Positions 20,477 through 31,090 of a stretch of DNA of 64,000 bases are shown here, in pieces. The position numbers and the translations under genes are program-made. Position 1 is the first letter of the stretch. Every line of letters starts with the position of its first letter. Under the pieces are notes generated by a model. That model was given only the letters and a program-made list of their open reading frames with translations. It made no database searches and was not told the origin of the DNA. Where the stretch lies: the NCBI GenBank assembly GCA_016839815.1, contig JAEOTM010000069.1, positions 1-64,000 of the forward strand, written 5' to 3'. Origin of the DNA: Candidatus Hodarchaeota archaeon. Its GTDB lineage: Archaea; Asgardarchaeota; Heimdallarchaeia; Hodarchaeales; Hodarchaeaceae.

Positions 20477-23400
20477 CTATTTCCCAGATAAAGTCTTCCA
20501 GTTATAACCTTGCTCTGTTATCCGTGTTTTATTCACAAAAAGATGCATTTTAAACCATGTAGTTAAACCTACAATCTCATCTACACATACCAAGTTCGGA
20601 TTCTCTCTAAACCATTTATATGCTCCTGGATACATTTCTGCATACGGAGGAACTCCAGTACCTTTTTCAGCATCCCACCAATGGCCCGTATGGTTAACTA
20701 TGACCCAAAAAGTAATATTAGGACGTGAATTAGTGAAGTATGTATGGACGGTGCTTGAGGAATTTGATGAAAAGGGATAATTCCCTGTATTTAGCACTTC
20801 ATATTCTAAATAATATCTTAACGCAAATTGGGTACCAGTCTCGTGAATTGCCCAAGTACTATAATTATAATCTCCACCATGATTATTGATGTAGATAGCC
20901 ATCTCCTGATACCGGAGATCGAATATTTGACTATAATGAGCATTAACAGAAACATTTAATAACATTCCTGACAATATGAGAGCAAGGATTATAGTTAATT
21001 GAGGTTTAATTTTAGGTTGTAACCAGTAGAGAGCCACAATTAAGATAATCAATCCCACAAAGGTAGCTAGAGGTGCTCCAAGCTCCATTACATCTGTAAT
21101 CCATGAAGAATCAAAATTCAAGAGTGTATCAAATAAGTCATGAAATATTAGGTCATAAAGCTTGTACAAGCCACTTCCCCCTCTAAACCATTGGTCAATG
21201 AAGTATTTATACGCAAATCCAGCCGTTATAATTCCAGGAAACGTTTTTAAGACATAAAAACAGAGAAATGCAAATGGAAGAAGATAAATTGAGGCTACAA
21301 ACAGATGTTCGGATAATCTACCAATAGATACACTCTCATAGAAAATCGGATAGAGGATGAATGTCCAACCAATCTCGAAGAAGAAATATCCCCCAGCCAG
21401 ACCTTTTTCTACGTTATCCACAGCTAATAATCGCATTTGTTTAGAGGAATAAATATACCCTGCGCCTTTTGCCGCAATGGCGAAATATGGGATTACAAGG
21501 GGGATATAATAGTAATTAAGTTGGAACATCGCAGGGAAAAAGACTAAAGGAACAACAAGTAACCATGCAATCAGAGCTGATCCCAATGCGGGATTACGTC
21601 GTTCTGAAAAGAAGAAAGCCCACAATCCGATAATAAAGAACGGTAACATAACCAGTAATGCATAATCATTTATCGCCCCTCCCACACTACGAGCTAGACT
21701 ATATTTGGTTCCGTATGCATATCGCCAGCCGATATAATATTCGAAAAATAGGAAGGCATATGTCAAAATTGTATCAGGATTATTTGGACCACCAGGTCTA
21801 TTGGGATCTCCTGCGAGTTCTCCTGGTGTCCGTAATGGCCAAGGAAAATCTCCATTTATAAGATTGATATCCATGTATTGGATCCAAGCAATAAAAGGAT
21901 AAAAACTCAGAATAATAATAATGACTGTGATTCCAATGAATAGGATGTGTGACGAGAATATTGATAGTTCTAATCGTGAACGTAATCTAGCTTTTAGATT
22001 ATAAGTTTCAATGAGATAATTCTTAAACTGGGGGTAATAAGATAATAGAGGAATTAGTAGTAGGGAGATAGCTATACCAAAGAGGGTTATCTGGGCTGCA
22101 TCTCTGTCAAAAATATGTCCCATAAGAAGAATCCCTACAAACCAGAACAGTAACCATACACCCATTATGATTAAGGGAATACTGTCTATAAGTTCATAGA
22201 GAAAACGAACAAATACTCGATCAGTTGAAATATAGTCTAATAAGACTCCAAAGGCTATTAGCCCAACAAGTATGGCAAAAACCGCACCTAAAGATGCAGC
22301 AATGATTTCTAATAATGCTAATGTAAAAAATTCATTTTCTAATGATTCTATTTGACCAAGTACCTCACTAGGTAAAAAGAAAAGAAATACTTTTATGATA
22401 GGATAGATACCATCAATAATTGACATATTGTTAGTACTCAATTCTGTCCCAAATTCAATAAATGCTCCCTCAAGGCGTTTGTAAAAGACAGAAACAAATA
22501 TAATCCCAGTAAATGAGGCAAATATACTACCCAGTATTGAAAGCAATAGCTCAATATACGTCTCTTTAACTAGTTTGTCTTTCCAAAAGTGTAGAAACAC
22601 AGAATATATTGTACCCGCACTAGCACTAGCAATAATCAAGCTAGCGAACAGAAGTTGAGTAAAAATGAAATTAAATAGAAAACTAATGATTAATGTAACT
22701 AAGAACACGATATACGGGAAGGCTATTATATTATTCTTCTGTGAGGATTCCTTTTCCTCGTTTGATTCTGAAAAAGTCAGGGAAAACGAGTTTTGGATTG
22801 CATGTAAAGTTGGTTTCAGTTTGGTGAAATCGACATGTCGTTCCATATATCGAAATATTAAATAAAGGGCTAAGGAGGGGCCAATCAGAATTCCTTGCCA
22901 AGCTTTTGTCATAATATTTAGGACATTTAGAATGCCTGTTAAGATAATTAATAAATAACCCTTTCTCAAATCATTATCAACAAATATTGCATCAATCGCA
23001 CGAACTCCTGCTAAAAGTACAATACTCCCCATAAAAATTACAAAAGGATCAATGTATGCAGTACGTGAGTAAAAGGTGAGGAAGGAAGCTAAGGCAATTA
23101 ATAACCCAGCAATGACATGAGCACTCTGATTTTCTTTTTGATGACTGAATAAAAGGTATACAACTACTGCAAGGCCAGCACCACCTATTGCGTTCATTCC
23201 GTTTGCCGCAAAACTGCTTTTTCCAAAGATATTCATAAGTAGTGCACCAAAGATAAAAGAAAACGGGGGTTTGTCAAACAATTGCAGTTGTGTATCGTTC
23301 CCACGATAATATAATGGTGTAAAAGGATCGGATAACCCATCAGCAATCCGTGATGCAATAGAAACAAACCAACCTTCATCCCACATATCAATTGAGGCAG

Positions 23401-23554
23401 TATAAACGATCTTAACCCAAAAAGCCAATGCTCCAACTAGGAATAGCAGTCTGTACTTTACAAAATACTCCCAGAGTTTATAGGCGATCTTTTCTAACGT
23501 TTGATTGTCTACTAGCTTTGTCTTTGGTTTTTGATCCTCTTCTGGGCTACTCAT
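20477..23554 (-). CDS. GT-C (ArnT/PMT-like) membrane glycosyltransferase, enlarged
   Basis: DMWDEGWF, FDKPPF, SRTAYIDP, MTKAWQG, YYYIPL; very many TM segments. Confidence 0.75.
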   Translation of the reverse strand: MSSPEEDQKPKTKLVDNQTLEKIAYKLWEYFVKYRLLFLVGALAFWVKIVYTASIDMWDEGWFVSIASRIADGLSDPFTPLYYRGNDTQLQLFDKPPFSFIFGALLMNIFGKSSFAANGMNAIGGAGLAVVVYLLFSHQKENQSAHVIAGLLIALASFLTFYSRTAYIDPFVIFMGSIVLLAGVRAIDAIFVDNDLRKGYLLIILTGILNVLNIMTKAWQGILIGPSLALYLIFRYMERHVDFTKLKPTLHAIQNSFSLTFSESNEEKESSQKNNIIAFPYIVFLVTLIISFLFNFIFTQLLFASLIIASASAGTIYSVFLHFWKDKLVKETYIELLLSILGSIFASFTGIIFVSVFYKRLEGAFIEFGTELSTNNMSIIDGIYPIIKVFLFFLPSEVLGQIESLENEFFTLALLEIIAASLGAVFAILVGLIAFGVLLDYISTDRVFVRFLYELIDSIPLIIMGVWLLFWFVGILLMGHIFDRDAAQITLFGIAISLLLIPLLSYYPQFKNYLIETYNLKARLRSRLELSIFSSHILFIGITVIIIILSFYPFIAWIQYMDINLINGDFPWPLRTPGELAGDPNRPGGPNNPDTILTYAFLFFEYYIGWRYAYGTKYSLARSVGGAINDYALLVMLPFFIIGLWAFFFSERRNPALGSALIAWLLVVPLVFFPAMFQLNYYYIPLVIPYFAIAAKGAGYIYSSKQMRLLAVDNVEKGLAGGYFFFEIGWTFILYPIFYESVSIGRLSEHLFVASIYLLPFAFLCFYVLKTFPGIITAGFAYKYFIDQWFRGGSGLYKLYDLIFHDLFDTLLNFDSSWITDVMELGAPLATFVGLIILIVALYWLQPKIKPQLTIILALILSGMLLNVSVNAHYSQIFDLRYQEMAIYINNHGGDYNYSTWAIHETGTQFALRYYLEYEVLNTGNYPFSSNSSSTVHTYFTNSRPNITFWVIVNHTGHWWDAEKGTGVPPYAEMYPGAYKWFRENPNLVCVDEIVGLTTWFKMHLFVNKTRITEQGYNWKTLSGK

Positions 23555-23719
23555 CTCTATCCTTCCATCTTTTTACTCATTAGGTTTAAGTCAGTTTTGC
23601 CTTCAACCTATTATAGTTATTAAAGGTAAGAGATAGATATAAGAAAATTATAAGGGAAAATGTTTTCTAGGTGAATATCCTATACAAATAGGTAGAGAAC
23701 TTAGTCGGGAAAGTAATCT

Positions 23720-25537
23720 ATGAGTGACCTTCAGTTAGAGCCAATAGAAATTTTAATATACCAAGCAAACTATGGAAAAGCTCTAAGTACCCTAAAAGAA
23801 TATGAGGATACAAACAAACTTTCAAATAACGATCATTTGAAATTAAAATACTTGAAAAGTCTCTATTTTCTTAGAAAAGGGCTGAATAAGGAAGGAAAGA
23901 AAGCTGCTGAAGAATTCCTTAAGATTAGTGAAGAACTATTAGATCCAATGCGAGAAATTGATGCACTTTTTCATCTAGGCTCATTCTTGTCGAACTTGGG
24001 AGAACCCGAAGCAGCAATTGAACGAATTAGTAGAGCAAAAAAGCTACTCCCCTTACTCTCTACAGAACATCCAATCGAAATACAGACAAGGAAGGCAGAT
24101 CTTCTCTGTCTTGAGGGGATTATTCTTCGAACTAGAGGTGAGAGTACTAAGGCTTTGGAAGTTTTTCAAAAAAGTCTTTTCTTCCGTGAAAAGATTGGAA
24201 ATGAAATTAAAATTATCGATTCTCATGTTCAACTAGCCTTAACATTTTATCATGGATTAAATGCTCATAAAGTTCATAAAACAGCGGAAAAATGTATGAA
24301 ACTTAGCAAAGCTTTAAAATACAAAAGAGGGGTCGCACTAGCCAATTTAGGGTTCGGGGCAGTCCATAGACTTAGAGGAGAACTTCAAGAGGCCATAGTT
24401 TTTTTTGAACAAGGCTTGAAAATTGCTCAAGAACTGGAAGATCTATTTGTCACCAGTTTTGCTGTTGATGCGCTTAGTGGTGTTTATTTTGACCTGGGAG
24501 AACTGAACAAAGGATTAGATCTTTTAGACAAACTAGAGGTTTTGAACAAAAAAACTGGTAATTTTTGGTATGAAACGACTGTTTTTAACAATCGTGGAGC
24601 AATCCAGATGTATATGGGAGAAGTTGACAACGCTTTAAACAACTTATCAAAAAGCTTGGCATATGGAGAGAAGATTGGAAACGTTAAGGGGTTAATCATC
24701 AATCTTCTTAATATAGGTGAGGTTTTTTCCATGATGGGTGATGATACATCATCCATAGAATATCTTGAACGTTCTATAAACATGGCGAAGGAACATAACT
24801 TTGGATATGGACATTCAACAGGCTTATTCACATTAATTCGATACCATCATAGATCCCTATCCAAAGATAGAATGGATGATATCTTAACCAAATTTAAACA
24901 GTTATCAGAGATTCATAGTGATCTTCCGTATGTAAGTCAACAGTACCGCCTTTCTAAGGCAATTGTACTTACTTATAAAGGTAGACTCTCGGATAAAATA
25001 GCTGCACAGGCTATCTTTAAAGAAATAAGTGAGGAAGATTGCATTCATCTCGAAAATACTGTTGTTGCGCTTTTATACTTAAGTGAATTATTATTATTCG
25101 AATTAGAAACAACAGGGAACAACACAGCTTTAGAAGAATTAAATAGGATTACGCAAAGATTACTAAAGGTTGCAAAGATTCAACATGCATATCCTTACAT
25201 GTCTGAGGCTTTCTTGATTCAATCAAAATTAAAACTCATTGCCTTCGATATTGAGGAATCCCAGCGATTACTTTCCCAGGCACATCTTATTACTGAAGAG
25301 AAAGGATTACATAGATTAAGTCGGATCATTAGTATTGAAGAAGAAGCAATGCTTAAGCTTTTTCATATCTGGGAAAAAATCCTTGATCAAAAGCCTTCTA
25401 TTAGTGATATAATCAAGATTTCGCGGGTAGAAGATTTGTTGAGAGGAGTTAGTCAAAATAAATTATATCAAAATGAAGAGGAAGTCATCGCGTATGCTGA
25501 TAAAGCTCTTCAAATTGCAAAGGCATGGAAAACGTAA
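23720..25537 (+). CDS. Tetratricopeptide-repeat protein
   Basis: Multiple TPR units (GELQEAIVFFEQGL, NNRGAIQMYMGE, NIGEVF). Confidence 0.85.
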   Translation: MSDLQLEPIEILIYQANYGKALSTLKEYEDTNKLSNNDHLKLKYLKSLYFLRKGLNKEGKKAAEEFLKISEELLDPMREIDALFHLGSFLSNLGEPEAAIERISRAKKLLPLLSTEHPIEIQTRKADLLCLEGIILRTRGESTKALEVFQKSLFFREKIGNEIKIIDSHVQLALTFYHGLNAHKVHKTAEKCMKLSKALKYKRGVALANLGFGAVHRLRGELQEAIVFFEQGLKIAQELEDLFVTSFAVDALSGVYFDLGELNKGLDLLDKLEVLNKKTGNFWYETTVFNNRGAIQMYMGEVDNALNNLSKSLAYGEKIGNVKGLIINLLNIGEVFSMMGDDTSSIEYLERSINMAKEHNFGYGHSTGLFTLIRYHHRSLSKDRMDDILTKFKQLSEIHSDLPYVSQQYRLSKAIVLTYKGRLSDKIAAQAIFKEISEEDCIHLENTVVALLYLSELLLFELETTGNNTALEELNRITQRLLKVAKIQHAYPYMSEAFLIQSKLKLIAFDIEESQRLLSQAHLITEEKGLHRLSRIISIEEEAMLKLFHIWEKILDQKPSISDIIKISRVEDLLRGVSQNKLYQNEEEVIAYADKALQIAKAWKT

Positions 25538-25571
25538 CTGATGCATTATTCTTTTTTAGTAAGGGATTAGA

Positions 25572-25982
25572 ATGCCATTTTGGGTCTATATGTTACTTGT
25601 AGGAGATAAATCACGAGGTTATAACCGTAAAATTTATACTGGCTATACTAATCATCTTATCAATCGTCTTACTCAGCATACTGGGTTAAACAGCACTAAA
25701 GGTGCACGAATCACTCGGAAACAACCAATTGAATTAGTGTATTTAGAGAGATTTGCCTCACGGAAACTCGCTCTAAAGCGTGAATGGGATTTTAAACATA
25801 CAAGTCCTTTAAACCAAAAGGTGACGAAAATCTCTCTAATAAAACAATTTCAAGAATCGAATGCCGATATCTTAAGTGATTTGAATGATACTTTTGAGCA
25901 ACATAATCAGTTTCTTGAGTCTATGATATCTTCTCTGAAAAATATTGAAAAAGAGATGAGCTCCAGAGTTCAACCTAAGTGA
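25572..25982 (+). CDS. GIY-YIG nuclease (YhbQ/Slx1-like)
   Basis: VYML...IYTGYT...RLTQH...KGARIT...LVYLE...ALKRE. Confidence 0.9.
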   Translation: MPFWVYMLLVGDKSRGYNRKIYTGYTNHLINRLTQHTGLNSTKGARITRKQPIELVYLERFASRKLALKREWDFKHTSPLNQKVTKISLIKQFQESNADILSDLNDTFEQHNQFLESMISSLKNIEKEMSSRVQPK

Positions 25983-26046
25983 TTTGGTAATTTATTTTGG
26001 AATATATTTTAAGATAGAGATTAAACAGACCCTTTATTGGAAGTGA

Positions 26047-27393
26047 TTGATAACAATGGTTGACCCACTTTTGATTGGAGTATCCTTCTTCTTGTTAATT
26101 GTACTATTTATCGTTATTCGTAGAACAGAACTCATTCCGTATCTTTATATCTATTTTATTGGGAAGAAAGATCTTCCTGTTAACCTTCCAAGTGATTTTG
26201 GTCTAGAGCCAATCTCAATTTCCTTTCCAGTGGGAGAAAATATGCAGAACGCTTGGTTTTTCCCTAGTAAACAGGATAATGACGCAACCATTCTGATGAT
26301 TCCCGATTGGATTACTGAACAATCGTTGGAGAATAGTTTGAAGACATCTGGAGTATTACAATTAATGGGGTTTAACGTTTTACTCCCAATTATACATCAT
26401 ATTGATGAATCAACCCGCCTTCTTCTTAAAAAGAATTTATCCCCACGATATTACACTTCAACCATTGAAAGCGCGTATGAGTACCTTATATCACGGAAAG
26501 ATCTCGATAAACGCAAAATTGCTGTGTACAGTGATTCATTTAGCACATTACTAGTAAGTAGCTTAGTAGGAGATCAGGCCATCCAGGCTGTTGTCCTTGA
26601 AAATGGACCCAGTTCACTCGGAACTTTAATTTCTCATCAATTTCCCTACACAGGATTCGGAGTTAGAGTCATTAGAAGTATACTCCGTCATCTACTAGGC
26701 GTATTTCTGTGGAAAACACGTTGGGATAGAGGTCGTTCTTTATCTATGCTCCATTCCTGCCCCACATTTCTTGTATCAGTCTTCAATCATAGAGATCAAC
26801 CAAATCGGAATATCTTCAAAAATTTCACCTCTTTATATAAACCAAAACAACTCTGGCTCGAAAATGCACTTCTTCCATCAGGGGGGATTCGTGATACATG
26901 GCCAGAGGAATATTTTTCACAGGTAAAGCATTTCTATGACCGATGGATAAACAAAGATCCCGCACCTGAATGGCATTGTGAGATGAAGGTATCAAAGAGT
27001 GGGAAAAAGGAATATACAACTTCACTTACAATTTCAGTTCTTCCTCCTCAGATGGAACAGCTTCCATTAAATATTACTTTGTCTAACCGAAAGAATCAGT
27101 TACATCAAGAACGAGTATGGTTTTTAGGAGCAGAACAGACTTATCAAATTCAAACCCCTTTTCGATCAAACTTTCACTCTCTGTTACCTTATTTTAACAT
27201 AGAAAGAACTGGAAATGAGCAGATTCCCTGGATTAAACTAGAGGCAGAGGAAGCTCTCATACATACGGTTCAAACCATTGTTTCTCTTAATCTATCAGAT
27301 TTGATTGACTATGAAGAAAGATATTTTATGACCAAAGATCAATTAGTAAAGGACATCAAGTCAGAAGAATCCGTTTCTGCTACCCTACCTTAG
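26047..27393 (+). CDS. Membrane-anchored alpha/beta-hydrolase-fold protein, degenerate active site
   Basis: N-terminal TM; PSDFGL, NAWFFP, KIAVYSDSFS (canonical GxSxG eroded), PKQLW; extra C-terminal beta domain. Confidence 0.65.
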   Translation: MITMVDPLLIGVSFFLLIVLFIVIRRTELIPYLYIYFIGKKDLPVNLPSDFGLEPISISFPVGENMQNAWFFPSKQDNDATILMIPDWITEQSLENSLKTSGVLQLMGFNVLLPIIHHIDESTRLLLKKNLSPRYYTSTIESAYEYLISRKDLDKRKIAVYSDSFSTLLVSSLVGDQAIQAVVLENGPSSLGTLISHQFPYTGFGVRVIRSILRHLLGVFLWKTRWDRGRSLSMLHSCPTFLVSVFNHRDQPNRNIFKNFTSLYKPKQLWLENALLPSGGIRDTWPEEYFSQVKHFYDRWINKDPAPEWHCEMKVSKSGKKEYTTSLTISVLPPQMEQLPLNITLSNRKNQLHQERVWFLGAEQTYQIQTPFRSNFHSLLPYFNIERTGNEQIPWIKLEAEEALIHTVQTIVSLNLSDLIDYEERYFMTKDQLVKDIKSEESVSATLP

Positions 27394-27676
27394 CAAATTG
27401 ACAGGATTCACAAAAAGGAGAATTATGAGCAAACAATGAGCAATGAAATCTGATCTTTCTTGAATTTTTTACAGAAAAATAAAGGCATTCAATATTAAAT
27501 TTTTCCTGTTTTACTTTTTCTAGATTGCCAATCTTCCCTTCTTCAAAAAAACCGCACTGATTTGGGCACTTACTAATCCACTCATGATATTTAATACAAA
27601 AAGAAAGGGAATTTCCTGAAGTAGTCAGTAAAGCGATGCACGGCTTGAATATTGAGTTATCTATCTCTTGTCCCAC
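27380..27676 (-). CDS. Cys-rich small protein (paralog of 53106..53420)
   Basis: 8 Cys in the pattern C..C.xY..CPxxC..F.IECxYF..FxCxL..PxCxxC. Confidence 0.7.
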   Translation of the reverse strand: MGQEIDNSIFKPCIALLTTSGNSLSFCIKYHEWISKCPNQCGFFEEGKIGNLEKVKQEKFNIECLYFSVKNSRKIRFHCSLFAHNSPFCESCQFAKVG

Positions 27677-27808
27677 TCATGTCACCGTTCAAAATATAGT
27701 GTAGTCTATTCCATTATAAGCATCTCGATTTTCGTTCAAATTTTGAGTATATATGCTTCATACAGAATCAGTACCAGATGACTCATTTTTCTCTGAGGCT
27801 AAATTCAA

Positions 27809-28264
27809 ATGACAACTATGCTACAGGATCCCCACATACTCATCTATGATAACTTATTTTTCAGATTATCGCTTGGAAAATGCGATATACGCATTTTCAA
27901 GGAATCAGAATGGTTTACCGAGGAATATGTTCTTGTAAGACCTGTTTATCAGAATCGGTTGGTTCTGCTCAAAGATATTCTATCATCTTCTAGTGACAGA
28001 TTAAAGAGATCTATCTCTAAGGAAAACGGAAATTTTATTGAAAAAAGTGGTCAATTTATTCAATTCATTAACTACTCAGACATAACAAATCGAGAATTAA
28101 TTGGATTGGGTTTGCGAATTACTTCGAATTCTAAAATATCTCCACAAATACTTGAAACTTTAATGGAGGATAGAATTCAGAAGATCATGTTTCTTCTCTC
28201 AAGAGGTATGTTAAAATCTCAATATCATCGGATAGATTACTTGGATATTGAAATAATGATATAA
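27809..28264 (+). CDS. Hypothetical protein
   Basis: 151-aa ORF; first gene of an apparent 3-gene operon. Confidence 0.55.
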   Translation: MTTMLQDPHILIYDNLFFRLSLGKCDIRIFKESEWFTEEYVLVRPVYQNRLVLLKDILSSSSDRLKRSISKENGNFIEKSGQFIQFINYSDITNRELIGLGLRITSNSKISPQILETLMEDRIQKIMFLLSRGMLKSQYHRIDYLDIEIMI

Positions 28265-28277
28265 ACAATGATTCACT

Positions 28278-29063
28278 ATGGCTACCATTACTTCAGAACT
28301 ATTAGAACAATACTTGGATTGTCCACGCCATTTTTATTTTAGTAAAATACGTGGGATTAAGCTAGCCGAGAATTCTAGATGGGAAGTTATTGAATGGAAT
28401 CGGAATCGAATAAAGAAAATTACATTTGAGTATTGTTCTTATCTTTCTAAAATTTTAGGACAGGAAATTGGTAAGAAAATTGAAAATCTCGAAAAACTTA
28501 GTAACGTACTTCCTTTAAGTTCCTACTGCGTATTTGCTACTTCATCTCGTACGGAAGCCAATTTCGATCTAATTCCCAAGATTTGTGCATATTTAAATTT
28601 CGTTTTATTCTCTATATGGCAAGAAAGCAAATTAAAGCACAAAAAAAAACGAATCCCAGTTTCTCTCACATTTCTTCCCAAAGCAGACATTCCCCATGAC
28701 CTGATATGTGAAAATCCAACGGCTTTAATTGAATATTCGGATAATAAAACAGCATTAGTACATCAGAATTATACATCTCCGCAGGAAAAAGGGAATGAAC
28801 ATTCTACAGACGTAGTTACTTTATTCTTAGTCAATTTGTTTCACTCTAACTTGACTAGAATCATTTCAATTGATTATCGAACAATGAAAATATCTTTTGA
28901 TAGCATAAGTAAATACAAGTCTCAATTCTTAAGATCTAAGTTGCATAAAAAGGTAAAATATTTCACTTTGCAAGAATTTGAACCTCAAATATCTAATGTG
29001 TGTGATATTTGCGAGTTTAAAATGATATGTGATCATTCGAAGGAAGGAATAAGAGATGGTTGA
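28278..29063 (+). CDS. Cas4/AddB-like PD-(D/E)XK-fold protein with Fe-S staple cysteines
   Basis: N-terminal YLDCPRHFYF and C-terminal CDICEFKMIC; no clear D..(D/E)xK catalytic motif. Confidence 0.7.
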   Translation: MATITSELLEQYLDCPRHFYFSKIRGIKLAENSRWEVIEWNRNRIKKITFEYCSYLSKILGQEIGKKIENLEKLSNVLPLSSYCVFATSSRTEANFDLIPKICAYLNFVLFSIWQESKLKHKKKRIPVSLTFLPKADIPHDLICENPTALIEYSDNKTALVHQNYTSPQEKGNEHSTDVVTLFLVNLFHSNLTRIISIDYRTMKISFDSISKYKSQFLRSKLHKKVKYFTLQEFEPQISNVCDICEFKMICDHSKEGIRDG

Positions 29064-29925
29064 ACTATTGGATCTTTTGGTAGATGCGTTTGGTGATTTC
29101 ATAAATTGGTATGCACTGGAAGCTGTGCAGGGGGAAAATCTAGTAGATTTTTTTGTAAAGCAGATTTCATATTATATCGTACTTCAAATAGTTCTATATT
29201 TTATTCCCTTTTTACGCAGAATATTAATGATTTTTTTTCTTCCCTTCCGCTGGATACATGTCTATTTACATGTCTATACAGCCAAACAGATAATGAAAGA
29301 AATTGAGTCTCGTAAAGAGTCAGGAGAAAAAGAACCAGTTATTGATACAGGTAATCTTCGTGCATCTTTAATCTCAGGAATTGATGTCCCAGATGAGAAT
29401 CCAGGATTATTAATGGGATTCAATCGATTTCATTATGCTCGTAGAGTTGCGTTGGCACCAAATAAACTGGCATTTATAATGTTAATCGGGTATTTGATTG
29501 TGACTCCTCTGATTTTTGCGGATACAGGGGTTCTTTCTTCTCAAGTAGGAGGATTAGTACATTTGTACCTATTTATCGGAATATTTGGAGTTCTTATGCC
29601 AAGTCTAAATGACTGGTATTTTCTGATTCATGCTTTAATGATAAATTTAGAAATTAGACCATTCTGGTTTTACAATGCCATTCTGGTGTATGTTATTTTC
29701 ACATTTGACACTCTCTGGAGAACACAAAATTTCTTCCTTTCTATACTAATTGGAACAGTATGGTTTGTACTCTATATAATTGGTTTATTTGTTGTAGGAT
29801 ATATTGCCCAAGGTGGAACTATCAAAAAACCAGTTTTATATTGGATACCAACCGAAAAACCTATGACACCATTCTCAAAGAAACCAGAAATCGATTTTCT
29901 TTCATTGGAAGACCTTGACCTCTAA
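29056..29925 (+). CDS. Polytopic membrane protein, M50/zincin-like with eroded HExxH
   Basis: Several TM helices; HVYLH, VALAP and PSLND occur in the order seen in M50-like membrane metalloproteases; overlaps the upstream gene by 8 nt. Confidence 0.55.
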   Translation: MVELLDLLVDAFGDFINWYALEAVQGENLVDFFVKQISYYIVLQIVLYFIPFLRRILMIFFLPFRWIHVYLHVYTAKQIMKEIESRKESGEKEPVIDTGNLRASLISGIDVPDENPGLLMGFNRFHYARRVALAPNKLAFIMLIGYLIVTPLIFADTGVLSSQVGGLVHLYLFIGIFGVLMPSLNDWYFLIHALMINLEIRPFWFYNAILVYVIFTFDTLWRTQNFFLSILIGTVWFVLYIIGLFVVGYIAQGGTIKKPVLYWIPTEKPMTPFSKKPEIDFLSLEDLDL

Positions 29926-29939
29926 TAATTAACAATCAT

Positions 29940-30641
29940 TCAAATCGAGAACAGATTAAAGTCTGTTGATCCAATATAATTATTGAACATATAGAAATCT
30001 AATGAAGATTTGGAATTAGATTTATATAAAACAGATTTTGTGATACAAAAAGGATCTAAAAAAGTATTTTTATGATTTTTTTCCTTTGAACTGGTAGAAA
30101 GGGGATGATGAGTTATAATGATAGGTATTTTTCTTATAGAAGCAATTTTTCGAAGATCTAACATATAAACAAATATATTGCGATTCCATTTCTTTTTAGA
30201 TTCCTTGAAAAGCTCAATAAATTGTAAGGGCGATCCAAATATTGTATCTAAAACTATAAGAGAGAGGTTTGGAGAATCTCCCTCCAGAATTTTCTTACTT
30301 AGAATAATTGCGTCAATAAATGAGGTTGGATTGAAAAATTGGATATTATCCAAAAATTCAGATGTTTTGAGGACTTTTTTAAGAGTCTGGAATCGAATAT
30401 TTCCTGAAAAATTTGAATAAAGAATTTCTGCATCCTGATTGTATGTAAGCAATGAATTTATAATTCGTTGACAGAACCACGACTTTCCAACTCCGGGTTC
30501 ACCAATTGTTAAATGGAGATGTCCTTCATAAACTCCTCCAGTAATGCTATCTATAAAATTAATCCCTGTTGGAATTTTTTGTAAGATTTCAAGCTCTTCA
30601 CTCATAAAAGAGAGGCTTTTAACTAAAAATCTCGTTTTCAT
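29940..30641 (-). CDS. RecA-superfamily ATPase (RadB/Rad51-paralog-like)
   Basis: KIPTGINFIDSITGG, Walker A GEPGVGKS, Walker B LIVLDT, IPIIIT. Confidence 0.8.
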   Translation of the reverse strand: MKTRFLVKSLSFMSEELEILQKIPTGINFIDSITGGVYEGHLHLTIGEPGVGKSWFCQRIINSLLTYNQDAEILYSNFSGNIRFQTLKKVLKTSEFLDNIQFFNPTSFIDAIILSKKILEGDSPNLSLIVLDTIFGSPLQFIELFKESKKKWNRNIFVYMLDLRKIASIRKIPIIITHHPLSTSSKEKNHKNTFLDPFCITKSVLYKSNSKSSLDFYMFNNYIGSTDFNLFSI

Positions 30642-31090
30642 CCTGATTCGACCACAAAATGTGTGGATTCTTCTACTGGAAACAGTTCTCTAGATGTCAA
30701 AACAGTAATTATACATAATTTTGCTAATTTTTTAATATACATCCAGATTTCATTATTATTAGCACAATTAGGAGGATGATGAATAATTACTGACGAAAAA
30801 CCCTTTTTTATTACTTCTGAAAGAATAGTGGGCTTAATTAAATAATTATAATCATCAATTGAGAGGAACTCCATAAAGTAAATATTCTCTAGTGCAGGTC
30901 GTTGATGGGAAAAATTATGTAATAATATTAAGGGGATTACTCTAAAATCGATCCAGAGTACCTTGGGTATAACCCATTCATTGTATTTCTCCTTTAAAAT
31001 GAAGTGAACACATGTTTCATATTCTCCTATTACCACATTAGGCTGAGAGAAAGTTATTGAACATTGAGAACTATTCATTCGATTCTTCAC
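30638..31090 (-). CDS. Hypothetical protein, possibly a minimal inactive RecA-fold paralog
   Basis: KVLWIDF and ALENIYF echo RecA-core strands; no Walker A; 4-nt overlaps with both neighbours. Confidence 0.45.
   Translation of the reverse strand: MKNRMNSSQCSITFSQPNVVIGEYETCVHFILKEKYNEWVIPKVLWIDFRVIPLILLHNFSHQRPALENIYFMEFLSIDDYNYLIKPTILSEVIKKGFSSVIIHHPPNCANNNEIWMYIKKLAKLCIITVLTSRELFPVEESTHFVVESG

Noticed and set aside
28278-29063. CRISPR-Cas locus suggested by the Cas4-like protein
   Set aside because: No repeat-spacer array, cas1 or cas2 is seen anywhere in the window.
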